Both the position numbers and the translations under genes were made by a program. From the NCBI RefSeq assembly GCF_009914755.1, contig NC_060945.1: a stretch of DNA of 64,000 nucleotides, one strand, 5' to 3'. Below, piece after piece: positions 26,413-38,600 of this stretch. The notes beneath the pieces were generated by a model, which ran no database searches, was not told where the DNA came from, and saw only the letters and a program-made list of their open reading frames with translations. Numbering within the stretch: position 1 is the stretch's first letter; each line of letters begins with the position of its first letter. Source of the DNA: the human T2T-CHM13v2.0 reference genome, Homo sapiens.

Positions 26413-29400
26413 TTGGAGCACTTTGAGGCCTATGGTGGAAAAGTAAATATCTTTACATAAAACCTAGACAGAACATTCTGAGAAACTTCTTTGTGATGTG
26501 TGCGTTCTTCTCACAGAGTTGAATCTTTTTATTGAGCAGTTTGGAAACACTCTTTTTGTAGATTTTGCAAGTGGACATTTGGAGTGATTTGAGGCATATT
26601 TTAAAAAAAAATCTTCACATGAAAACTAGATAGAAGCATTCTGACGAACTTCTTTGTGATATGTGCATTCATCTCAAAGAGTTGAACCTTTCTTTTGATT
26701 CAGCAGTTTTGAAACACCCTTTTTGTACTATCAGCAAGTGGACATTTGGCATGCATTGAGGCCTATGATGGAAAAGGAAATATGTTCACAATAACTAGAC
26801 AGAAGCATTCTGACAAATTTCTTTGTGATGTGTGCATTCATCTCACAAGTTTGAACCTTTGATTTGATTGAACAGCTTTGAAACACTGTACAATCTACGT
26901 GTGGAAATTTGGAGTGCTTCGAAGCCTATGGTGGAAAAGGAAGTATCTTCATATAAAAACTATACAGAAACATTCTGACAAACTTCTTTGTGATGTGTGC
27001 ATTCATCTCACAGATTTGAACCTTTCTTTTCATTGAGCAGTTTTGAAACACGTTTTTGTAGAATCTGTAAGTGTATATTTGGAGAGTTTTCAGGCCTACG
27101 GTGGAAAAGGAAATATCTTCACATAAAAACTAGACAGAAGCATTCTGAGAAACTCCTCTGTGATGTGTGCATTCATCTCAAAGAGTTGAAACTTCCTTTT
27201 GATGTACCAGTTTTGAAATACTCTTTTTGTAGAATCTGCAAGTGGACATTTGGAACGCATTGGGGCCTATGGTAGAAAAGGATACATCTTCATTTAAAAT
27301 CTAGACAAAAGCAATCTGAGAAACTTCTTTGTGATGTGCGCATTCATGTCACAGAGTTAAACCTTTCTTTTGATTGAGCAGTTTTGAAACTCTCCTTTGT
27401 AGAATCTGCAAGTGGAGATTAAGAGCCCTTTGAGGCCTATGGTGGAAAACGAAATATCTTCACATAAAAAGTAGACAGAAGATTTCTGAGTAACTTCTTT
27501 GTGAAGCATGCGTTCATCTCACAGAGTTGAACCTTTCTTTTGATTGAGCAGTTTAGAGACACCCTTTTGTAAAATCTCCCAGTGGACATTGGGAGTGCTT
27601 TGCAGCCTACAGCAGAAAAGGAAATATTTTCACATAAAATCTTGAGAGAAGCAATCTTAGAAACTTCTCTGTGATGTGTGCATTCCTCTCACTGAGTGAA
27701 ACCTTTCTTTTGATTGAGCAGTTTTGAAACTCTCTTTTTGTTGAATCTGCAATTGGACATTGGGAGCACTTTGAGGCCTAAGGTGGAAAAGGAAATATCT
27801 TCACATAAAAACTAGACAGAAGTATTCTGAGAAATTTCTTTTTTATGTGTGCATTCATCTGACAGAGTTGAACCTTTGTTTGATTGAGCAGTATGGAAAC
27901 ACTCTTTCTGTAGAATCTGCAAGTGGACATTTGGAGCGATTTGAGGCCCATGGTAGAAAAGGAACTATCTTCACATAAAATCTAGACAGAAGCAATCTGA
28001 GAAACTTCTTTGTGATATGCGCATTTATCTCACAGAGTTAAACCTTTATTTTGATTGAGCAGTTTTAAAACGCTCTTTTTGTAGGATCTGCAAGTGGACA
28101 TTTGGAGCACTTTGAGGCCAATGGTGGAAAAGGAAATATCTTCACATAAAAACAAGATTGAAGTATTCAGAGAAACTTCTTTGTGTTGTGTGCATTCATC
28201 TCCAGGAGTTGAACCTTCCTTTTGATGTACAAGTTTTGAAATACTCTTTTTGTAGAATCTGCAAGTGGACTTTTGGAGGGCCTTGGGGCCTATGGTAGAA
28301 AAGGATATATCTTCACTTAAAATCTAGACAGAAATAATCTAAGAAATTTATTTGTGATGTGTGCATTCATGTCACAGAGTTAAAACTTTTTTTTGATTGA
28401 GCAGTTTTGAAACTCTCTTTTGTAGAACCTGCAAGTGGAGATTAAGAGCTCTTTGTGGCCCATGGTGGAAAACCAAATATCTTCACATAAAAACTAGACA
28501 GAAGACTTCTGAGTAACTTCTTTGTGAAGCATGCGTTCATCTCACAGAGTTGAGACTTTCTTTTGATTGATCAGTTTGGAGACACTCTTTTGTAAAATCT
28601 CCCAGTGGACATTTGGAGCACTTTGCGGCCTACAGTAGAAAAGGAAATATCTTCACATAAAATCTTGACAGAAGCAATCTTAGAAACTTCTCTGTGATGT
28701 GTGCATTCATCTCACTGAGTGATACCATTCTTTTGAGTGAGAGTTTTGAAACTCTCTTTTTGTTGAATTTGCAATTGGACATTGGGAGCACTTTGAGGAC
28801 TAAGGAGGAAAAGGAAATATCTTCACATAAACTCTTGACAGAAGCAATCATATAAACTTCTTTGTGATGTGTGCATTCATCTCACTGAGTGAAACCTTTC
28901 TTTTGATTGAGCAGTTTGGAAACACTCTTTTTGTAGAATCTGCATGTGGACATTTGGAGCGATTTGAGGCCTATGGTACAGAAGGAAATATCTTAACATA
29001 AAATCTAGACAGAAGCAATCTGAGAAACTTCTTTGTGATGTGTGCATTCATCTCACAGTGTTAAACCTTTCTTTTCATTGAGCAGTTTTAAAACTCTCTT
29101 TTTGTAGGATCTGCAAGTGGACATTTGGAGCACTTTGAGGCCTATGATGGAAAAGGAAATATCTTCACTTAAAAAATAAACAGAAGAATTCTGAGAAACT
29201 TCTTTGTGATGTGTGCATTTATCTCACAGAGTTGAACCTTTCTTTTGATAGAGAAGTTTGGAAACACTCTTTCTGTAGAATCTTTAAGTGGACATTTTGT
29301 TCACCTTTTGGCCTGGGTTAGAAAAGGAAATACCTTCACATAAAATCTAGACAGAAGCAATCTGAGAAACTAATTTGTGATGTGTGCATTCATCTCACAG

Positions 29401-32400
29401 TGTTAAATATTTCTTTTCATTGAGGAGTTTTCAGGCTCTCTTTCTGTAGAATATGCAAGTGGAAATTTGAAGCGCTTTGAGGACTATGGTGGAAAACGAA
29501 ATATCTTCACATAAAAACTATATAGAAGAATTCTGAGAAACTTCCCTGTTATGTGTAGGTACATCTCACCGAGTTGAACATTTCCTTTGATTCAGCATTT
29601 TGGAAACAATCTTTTAGTAGATTCTGCAAGTGGACATTTGGAGCGCTTTGCGGCCTATGCCTGAAAAGGTAAGATCCTCACATAAAATCTAGACAGAAGC
29701 AATCTGAGAAACTCCTTTGTGATGTGTGCATTAACCTCAAAGAGTTAAAACTTTCCTTTGATTGAGGAGATTCAAAGCTCTCTTTTTGTAGAGTCTGCAA
29801 GTTTACATTTGGAGCGCTTTGAGGACCATGGTGGAAAAGGAAATATCTTAACATAAAAACTAGGCAGAAGAATTCTGAGAAACTTCTTGGTGATGTGTGC
29901 ATTCATCTCGCAGAGTAGAACCTTTCCTTTGAGCAGTTTGGAAACACTCTTTTTGTAGAGTCTGCTATTGGACATTTGGAGCGCTTTGCAGCCTATGGTA
30001 GTAAAAAAGAAAATCTTCACAAAAAATCTAGACAGAAGCAATCTGATAAACTTCTTTGAGATGTGTGCATTCAACTTACATAATTAAACCTTTTTTTTCT
30101 GATTGTGCATTTTGGAAACTCTCTTTTTGTAGAAGCAGCAAGCAGACATTTGGAGTACTTTGTGGTGTATGGTTGAAAAGGAAATATCTTCACATAAAAA
30201 CAAGACAGAAGAATTCTGAGAAACCACTTTGTGATGTTTGCATTCCTCTCATGGAGTTGAAACTTTCTTTTTATTGAGAAGTATGGAGACACTGTTTTTG
30301 TAGAATCTGTAAGTGGACATTTGGAGGGCTTTGAGGCCCATGGTGGAAAAGGAAATATGTTAAAATAAAAAATAAGCAGAAGAATTCTGAGAAACTTGTT
30401 TGTGTCGTGTCCATTCATCTCACAAAGTTCAACCTTTCCTTTGAATGAGCAGTTTGGAAACACTCTTTTTGTAGAATCTGCAATTGGACATTTGGAGCGC
30501 TTTGCAGCCTATGGTATAAAAGGAAAAATCTTCACATAAAATCTAGACAGAAGCAATCTGAGAAACTTTTTTGAGATGTGTGCATTCATCCCACAGAGTT
30601 AAACCTTTCTTTTGATTGAGCAGTTTTGAAACTCTCTTTTTGTAGAATCTGCAAGTGGCCATTTGGAGTACTTGGAGGCCTATGGTGGAAAAGGAAATAT
30701 CTTCACATAAAAAATAGGCAGAAGAATTCTGAGAAACTTCTCTGTGATGTTTGTGTTCATCCCACAAAGTTGAACCTTTATTTTCTTGAGCAGTATGGAA
30801 ACAGTCTTTTTGTCAAAGCTGCTAGTGGACTTTTGGAGAGCTTTGCAGTTTATTGAATAAAAAGAAATATCTTCACATTAAATCAAGGCAGAAGCAATCT
30901 GAGAAACTACTTTGTGATGTGTGCACTCATCTAACAGAGTTAAAATTGTCTTTTTATTGAGCAATTTTGAAACTCTCTTTTTGAAGAATCAGTAAGTGGA
31001 CGTTTGGAGTGCCTTGAGGCCTATGATGGAAAAGGAAATATCTTCACATAAAAACTAGACAGTAGATTTCTGAGAAACTTCTTTCTGATGTGTGCATTCA
31101 CCTCAAAAATTTAAACATTTCTTTTGATTGGGAGTTTTGAAACTCTCTTTTTGTAGAATCTGCAAATGGACATTTGGAGAGCTTGGACACCTATGGTGGA
31201 AAAGGAAATATCTTCAAATAAAAACTAGGTAGAAGAATCCTGAGAAACTTCTTTGTGATGTGTGCGATTGTTTTTAGGCCTATGGTGGAAAAGGAAATAT
31301 CTTCACATAAAAACTAGACAGTAGATTTCTGAGAAACTTCTTTGTGAAGCTGGCGTTCATCTCACACAGTTGAATCTTTCCTTTGACTTAGCAGTTTGTA
31401 AACACTCTTTTTGTAGGTTCTGCAAGTGTACATTTGGAGCACCTTCCGGCCTACGTTAGAAAAGGAAATATCTTCACATAAAATCTAGACAGAAGCAATC
31501 TGAGAAAATTCTTAGTGGAGTGTTCATTCACCTCAAAGAGTTAAACCTTCTTTTGATTGAGGAGTTTTGAAACTCTCCTTTCATAGAATCTGCAAGTGGA
31601 CATTTGGAGGGCTTTGAGGACCATTGTGGAAAAGGAAATATCTTCACATAAAGACTAGACAGAAGAATTCTGAAAAACTTCTTTGTGATGTGTGCATTCA
31701 TCTCACAGAGTTAAATGTTTCTTTTAATTGAGGAATTTTGAAACTCTCTTTTTGTAGAATCTGAAATTGGATATTTTGAGCGCTTTGAGGCCTATAGTGG
31801 GAAAGGAAATATCTTCACATAAAAACTAGACAGAAGAATTCTGAGAAACTTCTTTGTGATGTGTGAATTCATCTCACAGAGTTGAAACTTCCTTTTGATT
31901 GAGCAGTTTGGAAATATTCTTTTTGTAGAATCTGCAAATGGACATTTTTTGTGCTTTGCAGCCTATGTTATAAGAGAAAATATCTTCACAAAAAATCTAG
32001 ACCGAAGCAATCTGAGAAACTACTTTGTACTGTGTGCATTCGTCTCACAGAGTTAAACCTTTCTTTTGATTGAGCAGTTTGGAAACTCTCTTTTTGTAGA
32101 ATCTGCAAGTGCACATTTGGAGTGCTTTGAAGCCTATGGTGGAAAAGAAACTATACTCACATCAAAACTAGACAGAAGAATTCTGAGAAACTTCGCTTTG
32201 ATGCGTGCGTTCATCTCACCGAGTTGATCCTTTCTTTTGATTCAGCAGTTTGGAAACAGTCTTTTTGTAGAATCTGCATGTGGGCATTTGGAACGCTTTG
32301 CTGCCTATCTTAGAAAAGGAAATATCTTCACATAGAATGTAGACAGAAGCAATCTGAGAAACTTCTTTGTGATGTGTGAATTCATCTCACAGAGTTAAAC

Positions 32401-32626
32401 CTCTCATTTGTTTAATCAGTTTTTTAACTCTCTTTTTGTATAATCTGCAAGTGGACATTTGGAGTGCTTTGAGGCCTATAGTGGAAAAGGAAGCATCTTC
32501 ACCTAAAAACTAGACAGAAGAATTCTGAGAAACTTCTTTGTGATGTGTGCATTCATCTCACAGAGTTGAGCATTCTTTTGAATGAGTAGTTTGGAAACAA
32601 TCTTTTTGTGGAGTCTGCAGGTGGAC
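26413..32626 (+). repeat. Alpha satellite, inverted relative to flanks, dimeric layer B
   Basis: About 36 monomers reading GAGAAACTTCTTTGTGATGTGTGCATTCATCTCACAGAG; alternating AAAACTAGACAGAAG(A/C)ATTCTG and AAATCTAGACAGAAGCAATCTG types. Confidence 0.96.
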
Positions 32627-32630
32627 TGTC

Positions 32631-35600
32631 ACAATGAGAGAGTTTCAAAACTGTTCAATCAAAAGAAAGTTTTAACTCTGTGAGATGAATACACACATCA
32701 CAAAGAAGTTTCTCAGTTTGCTTCTGTCTACAAATTATGTGAAGATATTTCCTTTTCTACCATAGGCCACAAAGTGCTCCAAATATCCACTTGCAGATTC
32801 TGCAAAAAGAGTGTTTTGAAAGTGCTCAATCAAAGGAAAGGTTCAACTTTGTGAGAAGAATGCATGCATCACAAACAAATTTCTCAGATAGCTTTTGTAT
32901 AGATTTTATGTGAGGGTATTTTGTTTTCTAACATAGGTCACAAAGACCTCCAAATATCCACTTGCAGATTCTACAAAAAGAGAGTTTCAAAACTGCTCTA
33001 TCAAAATAATGGTTAAAATCTGTGACTTGAATGCACACATAACAACGAAGTTTCCCAGAAAGCTTCTGTGTAGTTTTTATCTGAAGATATTTTCTTTTCC
33101 AAAATAGAGCACAAAGCCCGTCAAATTTCCACTTCCGGATTCTACAAAAAAAGTGTTTCCAAATTACTCAGTCAATAGAAAGATTCAACCCTTTTTGATG
33201 AATGCACTCATCACAAAGATGTTTCCAAGAATGATTCTGTGTAGTTTTTATTTGAAGATATTTCCTTTTCCAACGTAGGCTGCAAAGGGCTCCAAATTTC
33301 CACCTGCAGATGCTACAAAAAGAGAGATTCAAAACTGCTCAATCAAAAGATAGGTTCAACTCTGTCAGTTGAATGCACACATCACAAAGAAGTTTCTCAG
33401 AATGCCTCTGTGTAGTTTTTATGTGAAGATATTTCCTTTTCCACAATAGGCCGCAAAGCACTCCAAATATCCACTTGCAGATTCTGCAAAAAGAGAGATT
33501 CAAAACTGTTCAATCAAAAGATGGGTTCGACTCTGTGAGTTGAATGCACACCTCACAACAAAGTTTCTCAGAATGCTTCTGTGTAATTTTTATTTGAAAA
33601 TATTTGCTTTTCCACAGTAGACCTCAAAGCGATACAAATATCCACTTGCAGATTCTGCAAAAAGAGAGATTCAAAACCGCTCAATCAAAAGATAGGCACA
33701 ACTCTGTGTGTTGAATGCACACATAACAAAGGAGTTTCTCCGAATAATTCTGTGCAGTTTTTATGTTAAGATATTTCCTTTTCCAAAATAGGCCTCAAAG
33801 CCCTCCAAATATCCACTTCCAGATTCTACAAAAACAGTGTTTCAAAACTGCTCAATCAAAAGAAACTTTCAACTCTGTGTGATGAATGCACTTAACACAA
33901 AGAAGTTTTTCAGAATGCTTATGTGTAGTTTTTATTTGAAGATATTTCTTTTTCCAACACAGGGTGCAAAGAGCTCCAAATATCCACTTCCAGATTCTAC
34001 AAATGGAGAAATTGAAAACTGCTCAATCAAAAAATTCGTTCAATACTGTGAATTGAATGAACACATAACAGAGAAGTTTGTCAGAATGCTTCTGTGTAGT
34101 TTTTATGTGAGGATATTTCCGTTTCCAAAATAAGCCTCAAAGACCTCGAAATATCCACTTCCATCTTCTACAAAAGGAGAGTTTCAAAACTACTCAATCA
34201 AAAGAAAGTTTCAAGTCTGTGATGAATGCACTCATCATAAAGAAGTTTCTCTGAATACTTCTGTGTAGTTTTTATTTGAAGATATTTCCTTTTCTACAAC
34301 ATGTCTCAAAGCTCTACAAATATCCACTTGCAGATTCTGGAAAAATACTGTTTCAAAACTGCTCCCTGAAAGGAAGTGTTCAACCCTGTGAGATGAATGC
34401 ACACAACACAAAGAAGTTTCTCAGAATGCTTCTATGTAGTTTCTATTTGACGATATGTCCTTTTCCACCATTGGCTGCAAAGGGCTCCAAATATCCAGTA
34501 GCAGATCCTACAAAACAGATATTCAAAACTGCTGAATCAAAAGATACGTTCAACACTGAGAGTTGAATGCACACCTCACAAAGAAGTTTCTCAGAATGCT
34601 TCTGGTTAGTTTTTATGTGAAGATGTTTCCTTTTCCACATTTGGCCTCAAAGCTCTAAAATATCTGCCTGCAGATCCTGCAAAAAGAGTGTTTCAAAACT
34701 GCTCAATCAAAGGAAAGATTCAACTCTCTGTGATGAATGCACTCACCACAAAGAAGTTTCTTTGAAAGCTTCTGTGCATTATTTATTTGAAGATATTTCC
34801 TTTTCCACCATAGGTTGCAAAGGGCTCCAAATATCCACTTGCCGAATCTACAAAAAGAGTTTCAATCAATAGATAGGTTCAACCATGTGAGTTGAAAGCA
34901 CACATCACAAAGAAGTTTCTCAGAATTCTTCTGTGTATTTTTTATGTGTGAAGATATTTCCTTTTCCACAATAGGCCTCAAATCGCTCCAAATATCCAAT
35001 TAGAGATTCTACCAAAAGAGAGATTCAAAACTGCTCAATCAAAAGAAAGGTTCAACTCTGTGAGATGAATGCACACATCACAAGGAAGTTTCTCAGAATG
35101 CTTCCGTGTAGTCTTTAGGTGAAGATATTTGCTTTTCCACAGTAGGCCTCAAAGCCCTCCAAATACCTACTTGCAGATTCTACAAAAAGAGTTTTTCAAA
35201 ACTGCTCAATCATAAGAAAGGTTCAACCTTGGGAGTTGAATGCACACATCACAAAGACGTTTCTCATAATCCTTCTGTGTAGTTTTAATTTGAAGATATT
35301 TCCTTTTCAACCATAGGCCGCAAAGGGCTCCAAATATCCACTTGTAGATTCTACAAAAAGTGACATTCAAAACTGCTCAATGAAAAGATAAGTCCAACTC
35401 TGTGGGTTGAATCCATACCTCACAAAGAACTTTCTCAGAATGCTTCTCTGTAGTTTTTATGTGAATATATTTTCTTTTCCACAATAGGCCTCAAAGCTTT
35501 CCAAATATCCACTTGCATATTCTGCAAAAAGAGAGATTCAAAACTGCTCTATCAAAAGATAGGTTCGACTCCGTGAGTTGAATGCAAACATCACAAAGAA

Positions 35601-38600
35601 TTTTCTCAGAATGCTTCTGTGTAGTTTTTATGTGAAGATATTTCGTTTTCCACCATAGGGCGAAATGGGGCTCCAAATATCCACTTGCAGATTCTACAAA
35701 AAGAAATTCTAAGCGGCTCAATCAAAAGATAGGTTCCACACTGTTAGTTGAATGCACACTTCCCAAAGAAGTTTCTCAGAATGCTTCTGTGTAGTTTTTA
35801 TGTCAAGATATTTTCTTTTACACAATAGGCCTCAAATCTCTCTAAATATCCACTTGCAGATTCTACAAAACGAGTGTTTCAAAACTGCTCAATCATAAGA
35901 TAGGAGCAACTCTGAGAGTTGAATGCACACATCACAAAGAAGTTTCTCAGAATGCTTCTGTGTAGTTTTAATTTGAAGATATTTCATTTTCCAAAACAGG
36001 CTTCAAAGCTCTCCAAATATCCAATTGGTGATTCTGCAAAAAGAGGGTTTCAATACTGCTCAATAAAAAGAAAGGTTCAACTCTGTGAGGAATGCATTCA
36101 TCACAAAGAAGTTTCTCTGAATGCTTCTGTGTAGTTTTTATGTGAAGATATTTCCTTTTCCACAATAGGGTGCAAAGAGCTCCAAATATCCACTTGCAGA
36201 TTCTACCAAAAAAGAGATACAAAAGTTCTCAATGAAAAGATAAGTTCAACTCTGTGAGTTGAATGCATATCTCACAAAGAAGTTTCTCAAAATGCTTCTG
36301 TGTAGTTTTTATGTGAAGATTTTTGATTTTCCACAGTAGGCCTCAAAGCGCTCCAAATATCCACTCACAGATTCTGCAAAAAGAGAGATTCAAATCTGCT
36401 GAATCAAAAGATAGGTTCAACTCTGTGACTTCAATGCAAACCTCACAAAGGTGTTTCTCAGAAAGCTTCTGTGTAGTTTGTATATGAAGATATCTCCTTC
36501 TCCAAAACAGAACTCAAAGCCCTCCAAATATTTACTTCCAGATTCTACAGAAAGATTGCCTCAAAACTGCTAAATCAAAACAAAGGTTCAACTCTGTGAT
36601 GAATGCGCTCATCAGAAAGAAGGTTCTCTGAATGCTTCTGTGTAGTTTCTATTTGAAGATATTTCCTTTTCCACTATAGGGCGAAATAGGGCTCCAAATA
36701 TTCACTTGCAGATTCTACAAAAAGAGAGATTCTAAACTGCTCAATCAACAGATAGGTTCAACACTGTGAGTTGAATGCACACATCACAAATAAGTTTCGC
36801 AGAATGCTTCTGGGTAGTTTTTATTTGAAGATATTTCCCTTTCCACAATAGGCCGCAAATCGCTCTAAATATCCACTTGCAGATTCTACAAAAAGAGTGT
36901 TTCAAAACTGCTCAATCAAAAGAAAGGTTCTACTCTGTGAGATGAATACACACATGACAAAGTAGTTTCTCAGAATGCTTCTGCGTAGTTTTTATGTGAA
37001 GATATTTCCTTCTCCACTATAGGCCTCAAAAGGCTCCAAATATCCACTTGCAGATTCCAAAAAAATAGTGTTTCAAAACTGCTGTATCAAAAGAAAGATT
37101 CAACTCTGTGCGATGAATGCACAGATCACAAAGAAGTTTCTCAGAATGCTTCTGTGTAGTTTTTATGTGAAGATATTTGTTTTTCCACAGTAGGCCCCAA
37201 TGAGCTCCAAATATCCACTTGCAGATTCTTCAAAAAGAGTGTTTCAAAACTGCTCAATCAACAGAGACATTCAGTTCTGTGAGATGAATGCACACATCAC
37301 AAAGAAGTTTCTCAGAATGCTTCTGTGTAGTTTTTATGTGAAGATATTTGATTTTCCACAGTTCGCCTCAAAGTGCTCCAAATATCCACTCGCAGATTCT
37401 GCAAAAAGAGAGATTCAAAACTGCTGAATCAAAAGATAGGTTCAACACTGTGACTTCAGTGCACACCTCACAAAGATGTTTCTCAGAATGCTTCTATGTA
37501 GTTTTCATATGAAGATATCTCCATCTCCAAAATAGAACTCAAAGCCCTCCAAATATTCACTTCCAGATTCTACGGAAAGATTGTCTCAAAACTGCTCAGT
37601 CAAAACAAGGGTTCAATTCTGTGATATGAATGCACACGTCACAGAGAAGTTTCTCAAAATGCTTCTGTCTAGTTTTTTTTGAAGATATTTCCTTTTCCAC
37701 CATAGGCCACAAAGGTCTTCAAATATCCACATGCTGCTTCTACAAAAAGAGAGATTAAAAACTGCTCAATCAAAAGATAGGTTCAACTCTGTGAGTTGAG
37801 TGCACATCTCACAAAGAAGTTCCTCAGAATGCTTCTGTGTAGTTTTTATGTGAAGATATTTCCTTTTCCAAAATAGACCTCGAAGTCCTCCAAATGTCCA
37901 CTTCCAGACTCTACAAAAAGTGTGTTTCAAAACTACTCAATCAAAAGAAAAGTTCAACTCTGTGAGATGAATGCACACATCACAAAGTGGTTTCTCAGAA
38001 TGCTTCTGTGTAGTTTTTATTTGAAGATATTTTCTTTTCCACCATGGGTCACAAAGGGCTCCTAATACCCACTTGCAGATTCTACAAAAAGAGAGATTCA
38101 AAAAGGCTCAATCAAAAGATAGGCTCTCCCCTGTGAGTTGAATGCACACATCACAAAGTAGTTTCTGAGAAGGCTTCTGTGTAGTTTTTATTTGAAGATA
38201 TTTCCTTTTCCACAATAGGCCTCAAAGCTCTCCAAATATCCACTTGCTAATTCTTCAAAAAGATCGCTTCAACACTGCTCTATAAAAAGGAAGTTTCAAC
38301 TCCATTAGATGACTGCACACATCACAAAGAAGTTTCTCAGAATGCCTCTGTGTAGTTTTTATGTAAAGATATTTCCTTTTCCACAATAGGCGTCAAAGGC
38401 CTCCAAATATCTACTTGCAGAATCTTCAAAAAGAGTGTTTCAAAAGTGCTCAATCAAAAGAAAATTTAAACTCCGTGAGATGAATGCATACATCACAAAG
38501 AAGGTTCTGAGAATGCTTCTGTCTTGTTTTTATGTGAAGATATTTGATTCTCCACTGTAGGCAACAAAGCGCTCCAAATATCCACTTTCAGATTCTACAA

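Larger units (their letters stand above)
18698..26418 (+). repeat. Satellite III-like pentamer array, mixed (GGAAT)n/(GGAGT)n, with interspersed Alu-derived cassette
   Basis: Degenerate GGAAT and GGAGT pentamers over 7.7 kb, with the purine-rich strand on + throughout. Confidence 0.95.

Noticed and set aside
18689-26446. Long ORFs up to 479 aa (HSIPF/HSTPL and MEWNG/VEWSG repeats)
   Set aside because: Pure (CCATT)n, (CCACT)n, (GGAAT)n and (GGAGT)n contain no stop codon in any frame, so long ORFs are expected. There is no evidence of coding.
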